Origin: an uncultured Gammaproteobacteria bacterium
GTDB taxonomy: Bacteria > Pseudomonadota > Gammaproteobacteria > CAZYIF01
NCBI GenBank assembly: GCA_964646995.1
Contig: CAZYIF010000005.1
Coordinates: forward strand, 68,759 to 132,758
Direction: 5' to 3'
DNA length: 64,000 nt
Under the pieces are notes generated by a model, which was given only the letters and a program-made list of their open reading frames with translations, did no database searches and was not told where the DNA came from. Of this stretch, positions 7,519-17,074 are shown one piece after another. The translations under genes were made by a program, and so were the position numbers. Every line of letters starts with the position of its first letter. Positions within the stretch are counted from its first letter, which is position 1.

Positions 7519-10500
7519 TTAATTGTTTCCTAACTGCTGCATCCGCCCTAACTGCTGCATCCGCCCTAATTCCACATCTGACTCTTCTTGCAACCGCACA
7601 TGCGCATTGGGTGTAGCAAAAAAACCATGCACACGACGCGCCAAGCTATCCGTGCACGACGGTGTTGCGGCTGGAAGTAGCTCTGAATTTAATAATTTAA
7701 TTAATGCAACGATGGCGTCATGCTGTTGTTTAGCGATCCTGTAATCTGAACAAGGCTCACATGATTTTAAGATAAACTTAACAATGCACATAAAGGCACA
7801 AGAAAATAGTAAAACTGACGTGACTCCAACAAGTAAAACCGTATTATCCATATTCAGCCTCTCTGTTTGATGATACGAACCATTATAAAATATATTGGGG
7901 TTGTATCCATCTATAATTTTATGGATTGGTTGTGATGAATTATGTGGCGCAATAGCCGTTTCAGATTCATGCGAGTCATGCCCTAACAATGCAAAGAGTA
8001 GCCCTGACACTAACAGACCAACGCCTACCTCCATGCCTATCACATAAGAATCTCTGGTCATTTTCCGGTGTAAATAGTTAAGTAATTGCGCCACATAATC
8101 CTTAGACCGTTCCACAGGATTATTGGGCATAGCCACATAAGCAAGCGTCACAGCACTCAACAGCAACATAACTTTCATTTTATTAGAAAACATCTGATCT
8201 GCTATTTTCTCTCTTGTTACGTTAAAAAATGCAATAAGTTTTTCGCGAATGTTGGTATCGGTAATACTAGCGAGAATCACTGGCATATTATCGGTAACAA
8301 TACGTTCATATAAGACATGACCATTTTCCTCAAAATTGATTGCCTGCTCTACCAGTATAAATGCTAACGCAATGTCTTGGCTTTCGATAGCCGTTTCAAA
8401 TAACTGTTGCCTGTCCTTGGGACTGGTTTTTTTTACTATCAACGTTAACAACTCATGCTGTTGCGCACACATGGCTTGCTTTAATAAGTAGTCTGCTTGA
8501 ATAACAGAAAAACTACCCCTGTAGTTGCCAACGTAACGTTTAACGGCAACAAAATCACCTTGCTCAAAAGCATGGATAAGTTTTTCTAAATTTTGCATGA
8601 TAGGACGTAATTTATTATTTTTATCACATAATTTTGCTGCCAGCTCGTTCTGTTGCTTAGTCAACAATAATAGCAAAATATCAATCGCGTTATTTCCGCT
8701 TAAGGTTTTACCGTATTCAATCATTAGCGCTAACGCAGCATACTTCTCCTGTACAACAACATAATACATTACACTTTGTTGTTCTGATCCAACTAGTGCA
8801 CTGGGATCAGCGCCAGACTGACATAACCAACGAATAGCCGTATCCGCGCTTGGAAAGTCAGTATGCACACTATCAAGTAACAACGAATTTTTATTTTCTT
8901 GTGCTGTTTTCTGCAGTAATGCAAGCGCTAAGCTTTCTTGATTATGCTGTGCAATAAGCTGTAACGCACCGTTGAGTTGTATGCCATCAAAGCCGTGTGC
9001 TTGGCTGGCTATCATCAGTTCTGCATCAGCAAATTGTTGTTGTACTAGTGCAATAACCAGGGCCGACTGTCCTGCGTGGTTGATCCTATTCACATTGCCA
9101 CCGCGCGCGCACAAGGCTTTTATCATCTCAGTTCGGTTATGCGCAGCCGCACGATGCAAGGCGGTATTTCTATCGCTATCCGTGTAGGCATCCACATCGA
9201 TCTGTTTTTTTGCTTGTAGTAATAACACAACATCCGCCGTTCTGTCGTGTTTCTCATCATTGGCACAGCAAAACAGTGCGTATTGTAAGGTTGTCACATT
9301 AACCTTTTTAAGCAGCTCTGTTACTACACGGGTTAAACCAGCCTGTATGGCTAACCACAACAAGCACTGCTCGGTCGTCAATGCTGAATCAACCGCTGCG
9401 TTGTGTGATAAGACACACAATGCACGGAATTCATCGCCCTGACAAATCGCGTCGCGTAACAACGTCTCTGTGCTAGTGGGAGCACTCTTTATGAGGGCTG
9501 CCATGAGTTTTTTCTTATTAGAATCATCCATGTTGCATTCAATGAAAAACGCTAATACGGTTTGGGCTTGCACTGTCGTTAGTTTGTGTTTTTTTAACGA
9601 CTGAACAACACCCGCATAATCGCCCTGTGTTAATTCTCGTTTTAATTGTAGTAAAAATTTCGCATGCTCTTTTGTGGATGAATCCAGCTTAGTCAATAAC
9701 ACAGGAATTATTGTATCGCCTTGCTCGAACTGGGTGAGTCGGTACATAATATACTGCGCTTGCGCAGTGTCAAACATACCCGTGTACGCCGATAAAAACG
9801 CTTGTATGGCGGCCACATTTTTTTGATCTAAATCCTGCTGCAATGCCTCTATGCCCTGAAACATACTTTGCATTTCCAGTTCAGGGTGTGCGATTAAAAT
9901 GGCTTGTGCGAGTTTATGTTCAGCAAACCATGATAAATAGCGTCGACCGCTCAAGCAATCTTGGTATTGCTGTGCACTGCTATAGTGTTTAGGGCTTTCT
10001 TGCGTTGACAGTATCAAGATGGGTAGTTCTATACCCAGCTGCGCTTCGCACAGGTACTTTACGCGGATCGCGTTTAAGCGCGTTTGTAGCGAATCATGGG
10101 TGATAAAAATCGCCTTGAATGCCTCTTTGCTCAACCCGACCAATAGCTCATTATGCCGAGGCACCCGATCTTGTGCGGCAAATGCCGCTAAATTCCGTCT
10201 GATCTCAGCCAAGCTTTCGCTAGGCACCAATACGGGATGGGCAACCGCACCGGCTATCCACCATTTATTATTGGATACCACGTTGCTTGGCCATACGTAT
10301 TTTTCATTTTTTAAATCACAATTATTGCTATCGAATAAAACGCCTACAGCAGGTTCCATCACGGGGAATAACTGCATCTTGCCATGACTGGGCAACAGTG
10401 AAGTCGCTTCTTTTTTGGTATGTACCTTATTAGGTTTAGCTCGCCCACGTGGTGCAGTTAAATTGCGTGTTTCCCATTTTTTGGTTTGAGTGTTCCATAT

Positions 10501-11433
10501 GCGGTTACGATTAGCAGCATCGCTTAATCGTTTCACTGGCCTGAATTTGCTAGGATCGGCTAACTGATTTAAAATGAACTCTAAATTTCTGTTGTTGTCG
10601 GTCGGGCAACTGATCATTTTAACCAAAGCACGCTGCTGCCTAATTAATTCTAGTGCGTGTTGTGCACGCGCTTTATCTGTTGGCAGTGATAAAGATAGAG
10701 TCGTAGGCGCCTCATAAGCGTAAACAGTGTGCATGCGTTCGATGATTTTTTCTGGAGTTAATGGATAAATTACATTATCTATCATCACGTCTTGATTTAA
10801 ATACGTCTGACAATGTGTGAGTACTAAATTAATATCATGGTTATAATCACCAGTAAATTGTCGCGCAAGTGACCCAATTAAATCATCGATATTTTTAGGG
10901 TTCTTTTGTTGCAATCTAACGACGTAAGTTAAGCATGAACTAATGCGCGCTTCTAAGCATCCCACATTAGCGTCATAGCGTATTTCCCTAACAAATTTTT
11001 CTAACTCATTGTGTTGCCGCGCTATGGCAATTGCACTTTCAAACTCGTTTATTATACCGTTCAGAGCCTGTACGCACACGCTGATATCGGTATAAGCATT
11101 TAAGTGAAACGCCGTGTTATTTAAATCGCGTAACACGCCATTACCGTGATCGGTGTCGTGAACGTAAATGGCCGAACGATAGCGGCGGTCACCCCTATGC
11201 AAAAAAGCAAAACGGATAAAGCCTTTTTCAGCGAGATTAACTTTGATAAAGCGTAAGCAGTCGACCACTTTGATGGCATCACGTGCCGATTGACGCAAAT
11301 CATTATCTTTAGCCCTATCTTGTGCTAGCTGCTGCAATTCAGCTAAAAGCGCGTTGAGTTCAGTGAGCTCCGTGTTAAACGCAAGATTATCCGGATCGTT
11401 TTTAGTAGGGACATTGGCAATTGTTGCCTGCAT
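7519..11433 (-). CDS. Large (1304 aa) ankyrin-repeat protein, effector-like. It has an N-terminal HxxxxGNG Fic-like motif, central ankyrin repeats, three C-terminal TM segments, and a tandemly duplicated GRMQQL tail
   Basis: Ankyrin consensus is visible (DSDRNTALHRAAAHNRTEMIKALCARGGNVNRINHAGQSALVIAL). Hydrophobic helices lie near the C-terminus (MKVMLLLSAVTLAYVAMP, VGVGLLVSGLLFALLG, VLLVGVTSVLLFSCAFMCIV). Residues 92-102 read HDTDHGNGVLR. The C-terminal 25 aa are Glu-rich (LQEESDVELG). Confidence 0.7.
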   Translation of the reverse strand: MQATIANVPTKNDPDNLAFNTELTELNALLAELQQLAQDRAKDNDLRQSARDAIKVVDCLRFIKVNLAEKGFIRFAFLHRGDRRYRSAIYVHDTDHGNGVLRDLNNTAFHLNAYTDISVCVQALNGIINEFESAIAIARQHNELEKFVREIRYDANVGCLEARISSCLTYVVRLQQKNPKNIDDLIGSLARQFTGDYNHDINLVLTHCQTYLNQDVMIDNVIYPLTPEKIIERMHTVYAYEAPTTLSLSLPTDKARAQHALELIRQQRALVKMISCPTDNNRNLEFILNQLADPSKFRPVKRLSDAANRNRIWNTQTKKWETRNLTAPRGRAKPNKVHTKKEATSLLPSHGKMQLFPVMEPAVGVLFDSNNCDLKNEKYVWPSNVVSNNKWWIAGAVAHPVLVPSESLAEIRRNLAAFAAQDRVPRHNELLVGLSKEAFKAIFITHDSLQTRLNAIRVKYLCEAQLGIELPILILSTQESPKHYSSAQQYQDCLSGRRYLSWFAEHKLAQAILIAHPELEMQSMFQGIEALQQDLDQKNVAAIQAFLSAYTGMFDTAQAQYIMYRLTQFEQGDTIIPVLLTKLDSSTKEHAKFLLQLKRELTQGDYAGVVQSLKKHKLTTVQAQTVLAFFIECNMDDSNKKKLMAALIKSAPTSTETLLRDAICQGDEFRALCVLSHNAAVDSALTTEQCLLWLAIQAGLTRVVTELLKKVNVTTLQYALFCCANDEKHDRTADVVLLLQAKKQIDVDAYTDSDRNTALHRAAAHNRTEMIKALCARGGNVNRINHAGQSALVIALVQQQFADAELMIASQAHGFDGIQLNGALQLIAQHNQESLALALLQKTAQENKNSLLLDSVHTDFPSADTAIRWLCQSGADPSALVGSEQQSVMYYVVVQEKYAALALMIEYGKTLSGNNAIDILLLLLTKQQNELAAKLCDKNNKLRPIMQNLEKLIHAFEQGDFVAVKRYVGNYRGSFSVIQADYLLKQAMCAQQHELLTLIVKKTSPKDRQQLFETAIESQDIALAFILVEQAINFEENGHVLYERIVTDNMPVILASITDTNIREKLIAFFNVTREKIADQMFSNKMKVMLLLSAVTLAYVAMPNNPVERSKDYVAQLLNYLHRKMTRDSYVIGMEVGVGLLVSGLLFALLGHDSHESETAIAPHNSSQPIHKIIDGYNPNIFYNGSYHQTERLNMDNTVLLVGVTSVLLFSCAFMCIVKFILKSCEPCSDYRIAKQQHDAIVALIKLLNSELLPAATPSCTDSLARRVHGFFATPNAHVRLQEESDVELGRMQQLGRMQQLGNN
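7530..7573. repeat. Tandem 18-bp repeat (cctaactgctgcatccgc x2 plus a partial third unit) at the 3' end of the ankyrin gene
   Basis: Two perfect units lie at 7530-7547 and 7548-7565, followed by cctaattcc. They encode GRMQQLGRMQQLG at the protein C-terminus. Confidence 0.9.
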
Positions 11434-11635
11434 GATACCACCATTTTAATTACTATTATTGTAATCTTTACGCTAACACACTTTTATTAAGGAAATATTA
11501 ACGTGCTATAGTAAACTATCTTACCCTACTAATCGAGAATAACTGGCATACACGATAAGCAGAAATCTCTGCTTTTTATGGGGTTTGCTTGGCATAAGTT
11601 AATAGTACTGCTACACTCTTTTCCCTACACGATAA

Positions 11636-12898
11636 ATGCATAAGGCGCATAGTATGCAACTCCTCAGTCCACCTCCTTGCATGAAGAAACCACATTTTTT
11701 CATCATCATTTTGCTGCTATCGTGCTTTAGTTCGGTGGCCATCGATATCTACTTGCCCTCACTACCATATATGGCGCGTGATTTAGTGGCAAACGATAGG
11801 TCCATACAATGGAGTATCTCACTGTTTGTCTGTGGTCTGTGCTTATCGCCTTTTGTTTATGGACCGTTGTCCGATGCCATCGGAAGACGCAAACCCTTAC
11901 TCATGGGTTTAAGCCTTTGCTTAATCGGTGGTTTCATTTGCATGCGCAGTACCACGGTAAATCTGCTATTAGCCGGCCGCTTACTACAAGGCCTCGGGGC
12001 AGGCGCCTGTGCCGTGCTGGCGCGTTCTATGATGCGTGATATTTTCAATAACGAGGAATTAACGCGCTACGCGTCCTATCTCGGCATGTACGTGGTGATA
12101 TTTTTAATCGGTACACCACTGATCGGCGGCTATATACAGCATTACTTCAATTGGCGGGTCAATTTTTTGCTGTTATTTCTCTATACCGCCGGGCTATGGT
12201 TTGTGATCGCCTTTATTATGCCGGAAAGCAACGTCAACCGTGATCACCAGTACTTGCGCTTTGCGCATATTAAACGTCATGTCATGCAGTGCTTGTGCCA
12301 CCGTGTTTTCATGGGTTATACCTGCGCTAGCATAGCCATCTACGCAGCGTTGATCACCTGGATAACCGTCAGCCCACTGTTGTTAGAACGCAACATCGGT
12401 CTGACCCCAACACAGTACGGTTGGATCTGCGCCGGTTGTGGGGTTTGCTTCGCCCTAGGCTCACTCATTAATGGTCGTTATGCGCAACGCGTAGGTGTCG
12501 TAGGCCTACTGCGCTACGGCATTTATGGTTTATGGCTCTCTGGTTTGTTATTCGTATGCGGTGCCTATCTACATTGGCTGAACTTATACAGTGTGGTGCT
12601 ACCTGCAACGCTGTTATTTTTTGCCGGTGCCTTTATTTTTCCCAATGCCTTCGCCGGTGCGTTTAAACCGTTCCCGCATATTGCAGGGATTGCAGCGGCA
12701 CTGTTTGAAACCTTACGTATGCTAGGCGGTACTGCACTCAGTGCATTCATTGCTTGCCTACCCAATACCGATCAAAAACCCTTAGGCATCGCGCTTATTG
12801 TATGCGGCGTTTTTGCCTGGTGCATGTGCCGTTTAACCCACATCAACACAGATATGGCTGAAGGCAATACCGCTCGTACTTCAAGATGCGAACTTTGA
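11636..12898 (+). CDS. MFS transporter (12-TM, drug/H+ antiporter-like). The C-terminus and stop are supplied by an F1 MITE
   Basis: MFS signature region GPLSDAIGRRKPLL. Possible later starts at 11654 or 11684. The last ~11 codons (..NTARTSRCEL*) are encoded by MITE sequence ataccgctcgtacttcaagatgcgaactttga. Confidence 0.7.
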   Translation: MHKAHSMQLLSPPPCMKKPHFFIIILLLSCFSSVAIDIYLPSLPYMARDLVANDRSIQWSISLFVCGLCLSPFVYGPLSDAIGRRKPLLMGLSLCLIGGFICMRSTTVNLLLAGRLLQGLGAGACAVLARSMMRDIFNNEELTRYASYLGMYVVIFLIGTPLIGGYIQHYFNWRVNFLLLFLYTAGLWFVIAFIMPESNVNRDHQYLRFAHIKRHVMQCLCHRVFMGYTCASIAIYAALITWITVSPLLLERNIGLTPTQYGWICAGCGVCFALGSLINGRYAQRVGVVGLLRYGIYGLWLSGLLFVCGAYLHWLNLYSVVLPATLLFFAGAFIFPNAFAGAFKPFPHIAGIAAALFETLRMLGGTALSAFIACLPNTDQKPLGIALIVCGVFAWCMCRLTHINTDMAEGNTARTSRCEL

Positions 12899-13055
12899 TG
12901 GGTAGGTCGCACGGTATATCCTGTTTCTAGACCTATACACAGTATGTGTGCACGGTCACAAAAGGGGAAAATCGCGAGTCTCCCCCTTTGGAAATCCCAT
13001 CGCGTAGAGAACACTTCAAAATGCAAAAAGCGCATTTTGAAGTGTAATGGGTATA
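12867..13055 (-). mobile_element. MITE family F1, copy 4 (reverse), overlapping the 3' end of the MFS gene
   Basis: It runs ataccgctcgtacttcaagatgcg ... cccatcgcgtagagaacacttcaaaatgcaaaaagcgcattttgaagtgtaatgggtata. The right flank is TA, and the left end lacks the terminal TA. Confidence 0.8.
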
Positions 13056-13067
13056 GTTTAAGCTCAA

Positions 13068-14942
13068 CTAAAATCGCGCCCTACCCAGAGCAATATTTTC
13101 GGCATTGGGTGATGCCTCGTCTAGCCTCAGCGCAGACAACACATTGGCAACCACAGATTGCGGATTTTGCCGGGCAATTAACAGAACAAATGCCCAACGT
13201 TCGTGTAGTGGCATGTTATCTAATGCCGTAATATTTATATTATTTTCGTTAGAGTTATTCGCTAAATACTGTTGCTTAAACTGCATATATTGCTGGTGTA
13301 ATAGCGTTATATGAGCAGGCTTAGCCTGCCCAAATACAGAAAACATGCTTTGCCACATGCTAGATGATTGCGATTCGTTGTATGCCGTTGCAATGGCAGC
13401 TAGCAGTTGCGTGTTTATGCCAATAAAAAAAGCGCTTTTGAATAAGTACGCACGATCGGAGGCCGTTATCTTATTGAGCAAACCTAGACTTCCTGCTGCA
13501 GACAAATGGCAAAACAGATCGATGAGTGTCGTATTAAGACTCGTGTTAAGTTTACTGGCGTACTCGATGAGCACCGGTAAACAGGCTTGCATAGCCGTCA
13601 ACACCACACTGCGTTGCCCTTTTTCCAAACCTGATAAGAGTGTGGCTAATGCGCCAAGATTAGGAATAATCTCTATCAGAGATCCATGGGTTGCCAGTAC
13701 AGTAAATAGCGTTTTTATTTTTCCTGCTGTTAGTAGTGTTAAAACTTGACTAAATTGCGACGGATTTTTCACGATAGCCATGACCGCAGGCTGCATGACT
13801 ATAGCGTGATAGGTGTTGTGGTCATTGAAGGTATTGAGTAACTCAATTAATTTGCTCGTAGGGAAAAATTCACGTGCTGCCACAATGCGTACGATGATAT
13901 TTTCAAAAACCGTATTGAGTAAAGAAAGGGGTAATGTAGTCGCTGTCATGCTGAACGGTTTACTACCTATTTGCTTCGCATCTGCTACGATTTTATCGTA
14001 TAGGGCTCGTTTTTCCTTGGGACCCAAGGCATGCGATACATCAAGTAATCCAGAGGGTGATTCCACGAATGCATCTAATTGATGACTCATCGTTTCCGCG
14101 CACTCACCATTTTTTAATTGCACTATTAATTTACCTAGCGAATATCTATTAGCGACGACGTTTTCTAATTGCGCTTGCTGTGCCTCAGGCAGAGTGGAAA
14201 ACCACCCTAGAAATTCATCCCTAGCCTGTGTCGCGGCCGCTGTCGCCCAGTCGTTCCCCGCGTGGGTCCGTCCACCGCGCAATAGCGCTGCAGCTAGTCG
14301 TTGTATGGCCGCACGTGGCGTCATCGCCGCATCATAAGTCGCGAGCGCATGAAAAATGGCTCCTTGTTGTGGATGTGCTAACAATAGTTCCAGATGTTGT
14401 GGATACTGTGTCTTGAGCAAGGCATAGATGTTAGGTAGCAATGCAGCACCTAAATGAATACGCAGTGCCGTATTACCTACGACTAAGTAGCCGGTATTAA
14501 GCCCATCAGGCTCTGTCTGCTGGGCGTTTACCACGATGTATTTGTAGTTGCTCCTGCCCATTTTTTTAGGGGCCTCAATGCTCAGTTCGTGCCATTGCTT
14601 TACCTCGGGCGCGAAGGTCGCCCATATCTGCTCTGGCGTCGCATTCGGAAACAAGCATGCATGGCATTGCAGCATAAGCGCATTACCCAATCCCTGTGTC
14701 TCATTGAGCATATCGAGTTGTGTGCCAGGGGCATCTTCTCTTCTCACACGCGCATATTCAACAAAGGCGCTTTGCTTCTCCGCTAGCGTTTGTTTGCGAT
14801 CGATAGCACCTAAGGCTGCAATAGCCTGCCGATAATCTTCTAATAAGCACGCTTGAGTTAAGCTACGGTAGTCAGTAATAAAACCAGCGGAGTCCATTAA
14901 TCGTAACGTGCCTTTAGCCTCTTGTAATATATTTTCTAACAT
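13068..14942 (-). CDS. Hypothetical protein (about 624 aa, all-alpha, no recognisable domain). Accessory, candidate effector
   Basis: Long ORF. I moved the start to MLENILQE at 14942 because it has an AAGAGG RBS 7 nt upstream (revcomp of 14943-14956). I recognise no catalytic motif. Confidence 0.5.
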   Translation of the reverse strand: MLENILQEAKGTLRLMDSAGFITDYRSLTQACLLEDYRQAIAALGAIDRKQTLAEKQSAFVEYARVRREDAPGTQLDMLNETQGLGNALMLQCHACLFPNATPEQIWATFAPEVKQWHELSIEAPKKMGRSNYKYIVVNAQQTEPDGLNTGYLVVGNTALRIHLGAALLPNIYALLKTQYPQHLELLLAHPQQGAIFHALATYDAAMTPRAAIQRLAAALLRGGRTHAGNDWATAAATQARDEFLGWFSTLPEAQQAQLENVVANRYSLGKLIVQLKNGECAETMSHQLDAFVESPSGLLDVSHALGPKEKRALYDKIVADAKQIGSKPFSMTATTLPLSLLNTVFENIIVRIVAAREFFPTSKLIELLNTFNDHNTYHAIVMQPAVMAIVKNPSQFSQVLTLLTAGKIKTLFTVLATHGSLIEIIPNLGALATLLSGLEKGQRSVVLTAMQACLPVLIEYASKLNTSLNTTLIDLFCHLSAAGSLGLLNKITASDRAYLFKSAFFIGINTQLLAAIATAYNESQSSSMWQSMFSVFGQAKPAHITLLHQQYMQFKQQYLANNSNENNINITALDNMPLHERWAFVLLIARQNPQSVVANVLSALRLDEASPNAENIALGRARF

Positions 14943-15219
14943 GTAATACCTCTTGAACAAACCAATGCATGACTGTACCGCTAACGAATAAAGAGTATAA
15001 CTATCTTTTATCATATTTTTCTTAAGAAAATATTAAGACAGCGGCAATACTGCCCTGATTGCCGACGGCGAAAGCTCTGCTGGTTTTATCGCGGTAGGTG
15101 CTGGTAATTGACGATGGAATAGTCTACAGTCTCGCGCCGCAGCTAAGCGTATATGAAAAGATACGCCGGTGCACGGCAAGAAACACGCCCTCCCCTAACA
15201 TTAGAGAGTAGTGAATACA

Positions 15220-15936
15220 ATGAAAATAAAGCAATCCTACGCCTATAATCCCACACGTTTTGCAGTACAGCTGATGCGTGAGTTTTATTACGACGTTACC
15301 CCAACTCTTGCTAACAATTACAAGAAAAGCCAGGTTAGTGCTGAAGAAATGAGGGTTTTAATCCATAGCTTAACTACCTATTTAGACACACTTTATCGCG
15401 TCTGTTGCGCACGTCCGTCCGGTTTGTTGCAGAATTTAGAGCTGTTCGCGGACATAGCGTTCTTACTCTACGCTGAAAAATCAAACTCAGCCATTTTAAA
15501 TGAGCTCAACACTTTTCTTGCTGATCTATTTAGTGTGGAAATAGGTCAATTAGGCGCTGATGGTGCAGCCCTTTTCGAACAAGCTGTTTCACTGCGACGG
15601 TTATACGATGAAGGTAAAAATACCTTGTTCCCGTTGTTTAAGGAAAATAAAAAGCATGCAAAAATTTCCCTGCGTGTTTTTCATGATTTGATTAAAACGC
15701 ATGTTGAACGTGATATTGGAACACCTATATATGCCCTTTGCTACCCAGACCCTACCGAAAAATTTTTGTCAGACACACAAAAACAAGCGTCAGCGTTTGT
15801 TTCTGAGCATACTAAACATACGTTTTTTCCACGCGCACAAAAACGACAACATCCACTGCCGGCTATTCAAGAAGATGTGGAAAATAACATAAACGTAGCG
15901 TTAATTTTCGGCGAGAAAATTAACGTAAAATTATAA
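15220..15936 (+). CDS. Hypothetical protein (about 239 aa) with an acidic C-terminal patch (IQEDVENNIN). Accessory, candidate effector
   Basis: ORF with an ATG at 15220 (MKIKQSYAYNP). The track's GTG start at 15211 is also possible. I recognise no domain. Confidence 0.45.
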   Translation: MKIKQSYAYNPTRFAVQLMREFYYDVTPTLANNYKKSQVSAEEMRVLIHSLTTYLDTLYRVCCARPSGLLQNLELFADIAFLLYAEKSNSAILNELNTFLADLFSVEIGQLGADGAALFEQAVSLRRLYDEGKNTLFPLFKENKKHAKISLRVFHDLIKTHVERDIGTPIYALCYPDPTEKFLSDTQKQASAFVSEHTKHTFFPRAQKRQHPLPAIQEDVENNINVALIFGEKINVKL

Positions 15937-16112
15937 CTATTCAGCAAAGCTGCAAAGCATTACGATTTTGCTTGGAAATGTGGTGTTTCATTACGCGATG
16001 GGGATTCTCAAGGGGAGAACCGTGATTCTCCCCTGAGAATACCGTTAAACCCAGTTTTACTGAGTAGGCGTAAAATCAAGGATAACTATTCAGTACTTTG
16101 CTGACTAGTTAC
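15933..16112 (+). mobile_element. MITE family F2, copy 2 (180 bp), with an 8-bp TSD gtaaaatt (15925-15932 and 16113-16120)
   Basis: ataactattcagcaaag ... ttacgcgatggggattctcaaggggagaaccgtgattctccc ... gataactattcagtactttgctgactagttac. The identical 8-bp flanks are seen directly. The right end supplies the last codons (cgt aac tag) of bolA. Confidence 0.8.
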
Positions 16113-16371
16113 GTAAAATTTTAATCGATAAGGCATGTATGTGCTGGGGCATTAATTCACTAAGCGCCTGATAGATCAGACGATGACAGGATAAGATGTC
16201 GTGATCTAAAAAGGCAGGGGCAGCAATACTCAGTTGAAAATGTCCGCCGCCCGTCGCAGCACCGGGGTGCCCGACATGACGCTGACTGTCATCGTTAATT
16301 TCTAGGTGTGTAGGCTGCAAGGCCACGCGTAAACAGTCGTGCATACGCGCTATGGTGTCACGATTTGACAT
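16105..16371 (-). CDS. bolA: BolA family transcriptional regulator
   Basis: MSNRDTIARMHDCLRVALQPTHLEINDDSQRHVGHPG... is collinear with E. coli BolA. I chose the start at 16371. The stop lies in the F2 MITE terminus. Confidence 0.65.
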   Translation of the reverse strand: MSNRDTIARMHDCLRVALQPTHLEINDDSQRHVGHPGAATGGGHFQLSIAAPAFLDHDILSCHRLIYQALSELMPQHIHALSIKILRN

Positions 16372-16921
16372 GGGCGAGGTACCTGGATAAATAAGTGAGT
16401 TGCGCAAACACAAAAACAAAGGTTAAACCCAATAGACCAAACGCCTTGAAGTTAACCCACGTCGAGGTATCGTAATGATAGGCCACATAAATATTAACGG
16501 CTCCTAATGCGGTATAGAAACTTATCCACCAGGCATTGAGCCGTTGCCATAAAAAAACCGGTAATTCATATTCTTCCTGCGACATGCGCTTTAGGGTCGA
16601 CGCTAACATGAGCTGGATCAGCGGTTTTTTACTACCGAACCATGGACTCAGCAGAAAGGCCAATGCGAACAACCAACTGATCGCAGTGGGTTTCCACTTA
16701 ATAAACATTTCGTTATGAAATACCAAGGTCATGCTGCCGAAAATAACAATCAATAGCGTAGTAGCCAACAACAGATAATCCACATGCCGATGCTTCATCC
16801 AATAATACGCGGTCTGTAACACAGAAACGCCGATAGTGGCAGCCGTTGCCGCATAAAGATTAAAGCAGCGATAGACAATAAAAAAAACCAGCACGGGTAG
16901 TAAATCAAATAAAAACTTCAT
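16358..16921 (-). CDS. yciB: Intracellular septation protein A (YciB/IspZ)
   Basis: MKFLFDLLPVLVFFIVYR... is a YciB-like start with five TM helices. I chose the start at 16921 rather than the track's 16954. Confidence 0.7.
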   Translation of the reverse strand: MKFLFDLLPVLVFFIVYRCFNLYAATAATIGVSVLQTAYYWMKHRHVDYLLLATTLLIVIFGSMTLVFHNEMFIKWKPTAISWLFALAFLLSPWFGSKKPLIQLMLASTLKRMSQEEYELPVFLWQRLNAWWISFYTALGAVNIYVAYHYDTSTWVNFKAFGLLGLTFVFVFAQLTYLSRYLAHVKS

Positions 16922-17074
16922 GGCTCCTCCCCTTTTATTGCTGCAGCATAGCACACTATACCCTTTAGCTGTAGCACACAGACAATTACACCCCCTGCTA
17001 TTTTACATACAGCAGTGGAAAATCGTATGAAATTTCGTTATGTTACTTCTCGGTAACACATACCAAGGAATACC

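Noticed and set aside
7523-7744. 73-aa plus-strand ORF (MFPNCCIRPNCCIRPN...) antisense to the 3' end of the ankyrin gene
   Set aside because: It is the mirror image of the 18-bp tandem repeat on the opposite strand and lies wholly inside the well-supported ankyrin CDS. The many other antisense ORFs inside the ankyrin, clpA, alaS, rnr and icd genes are treated as spurious for the same reason.
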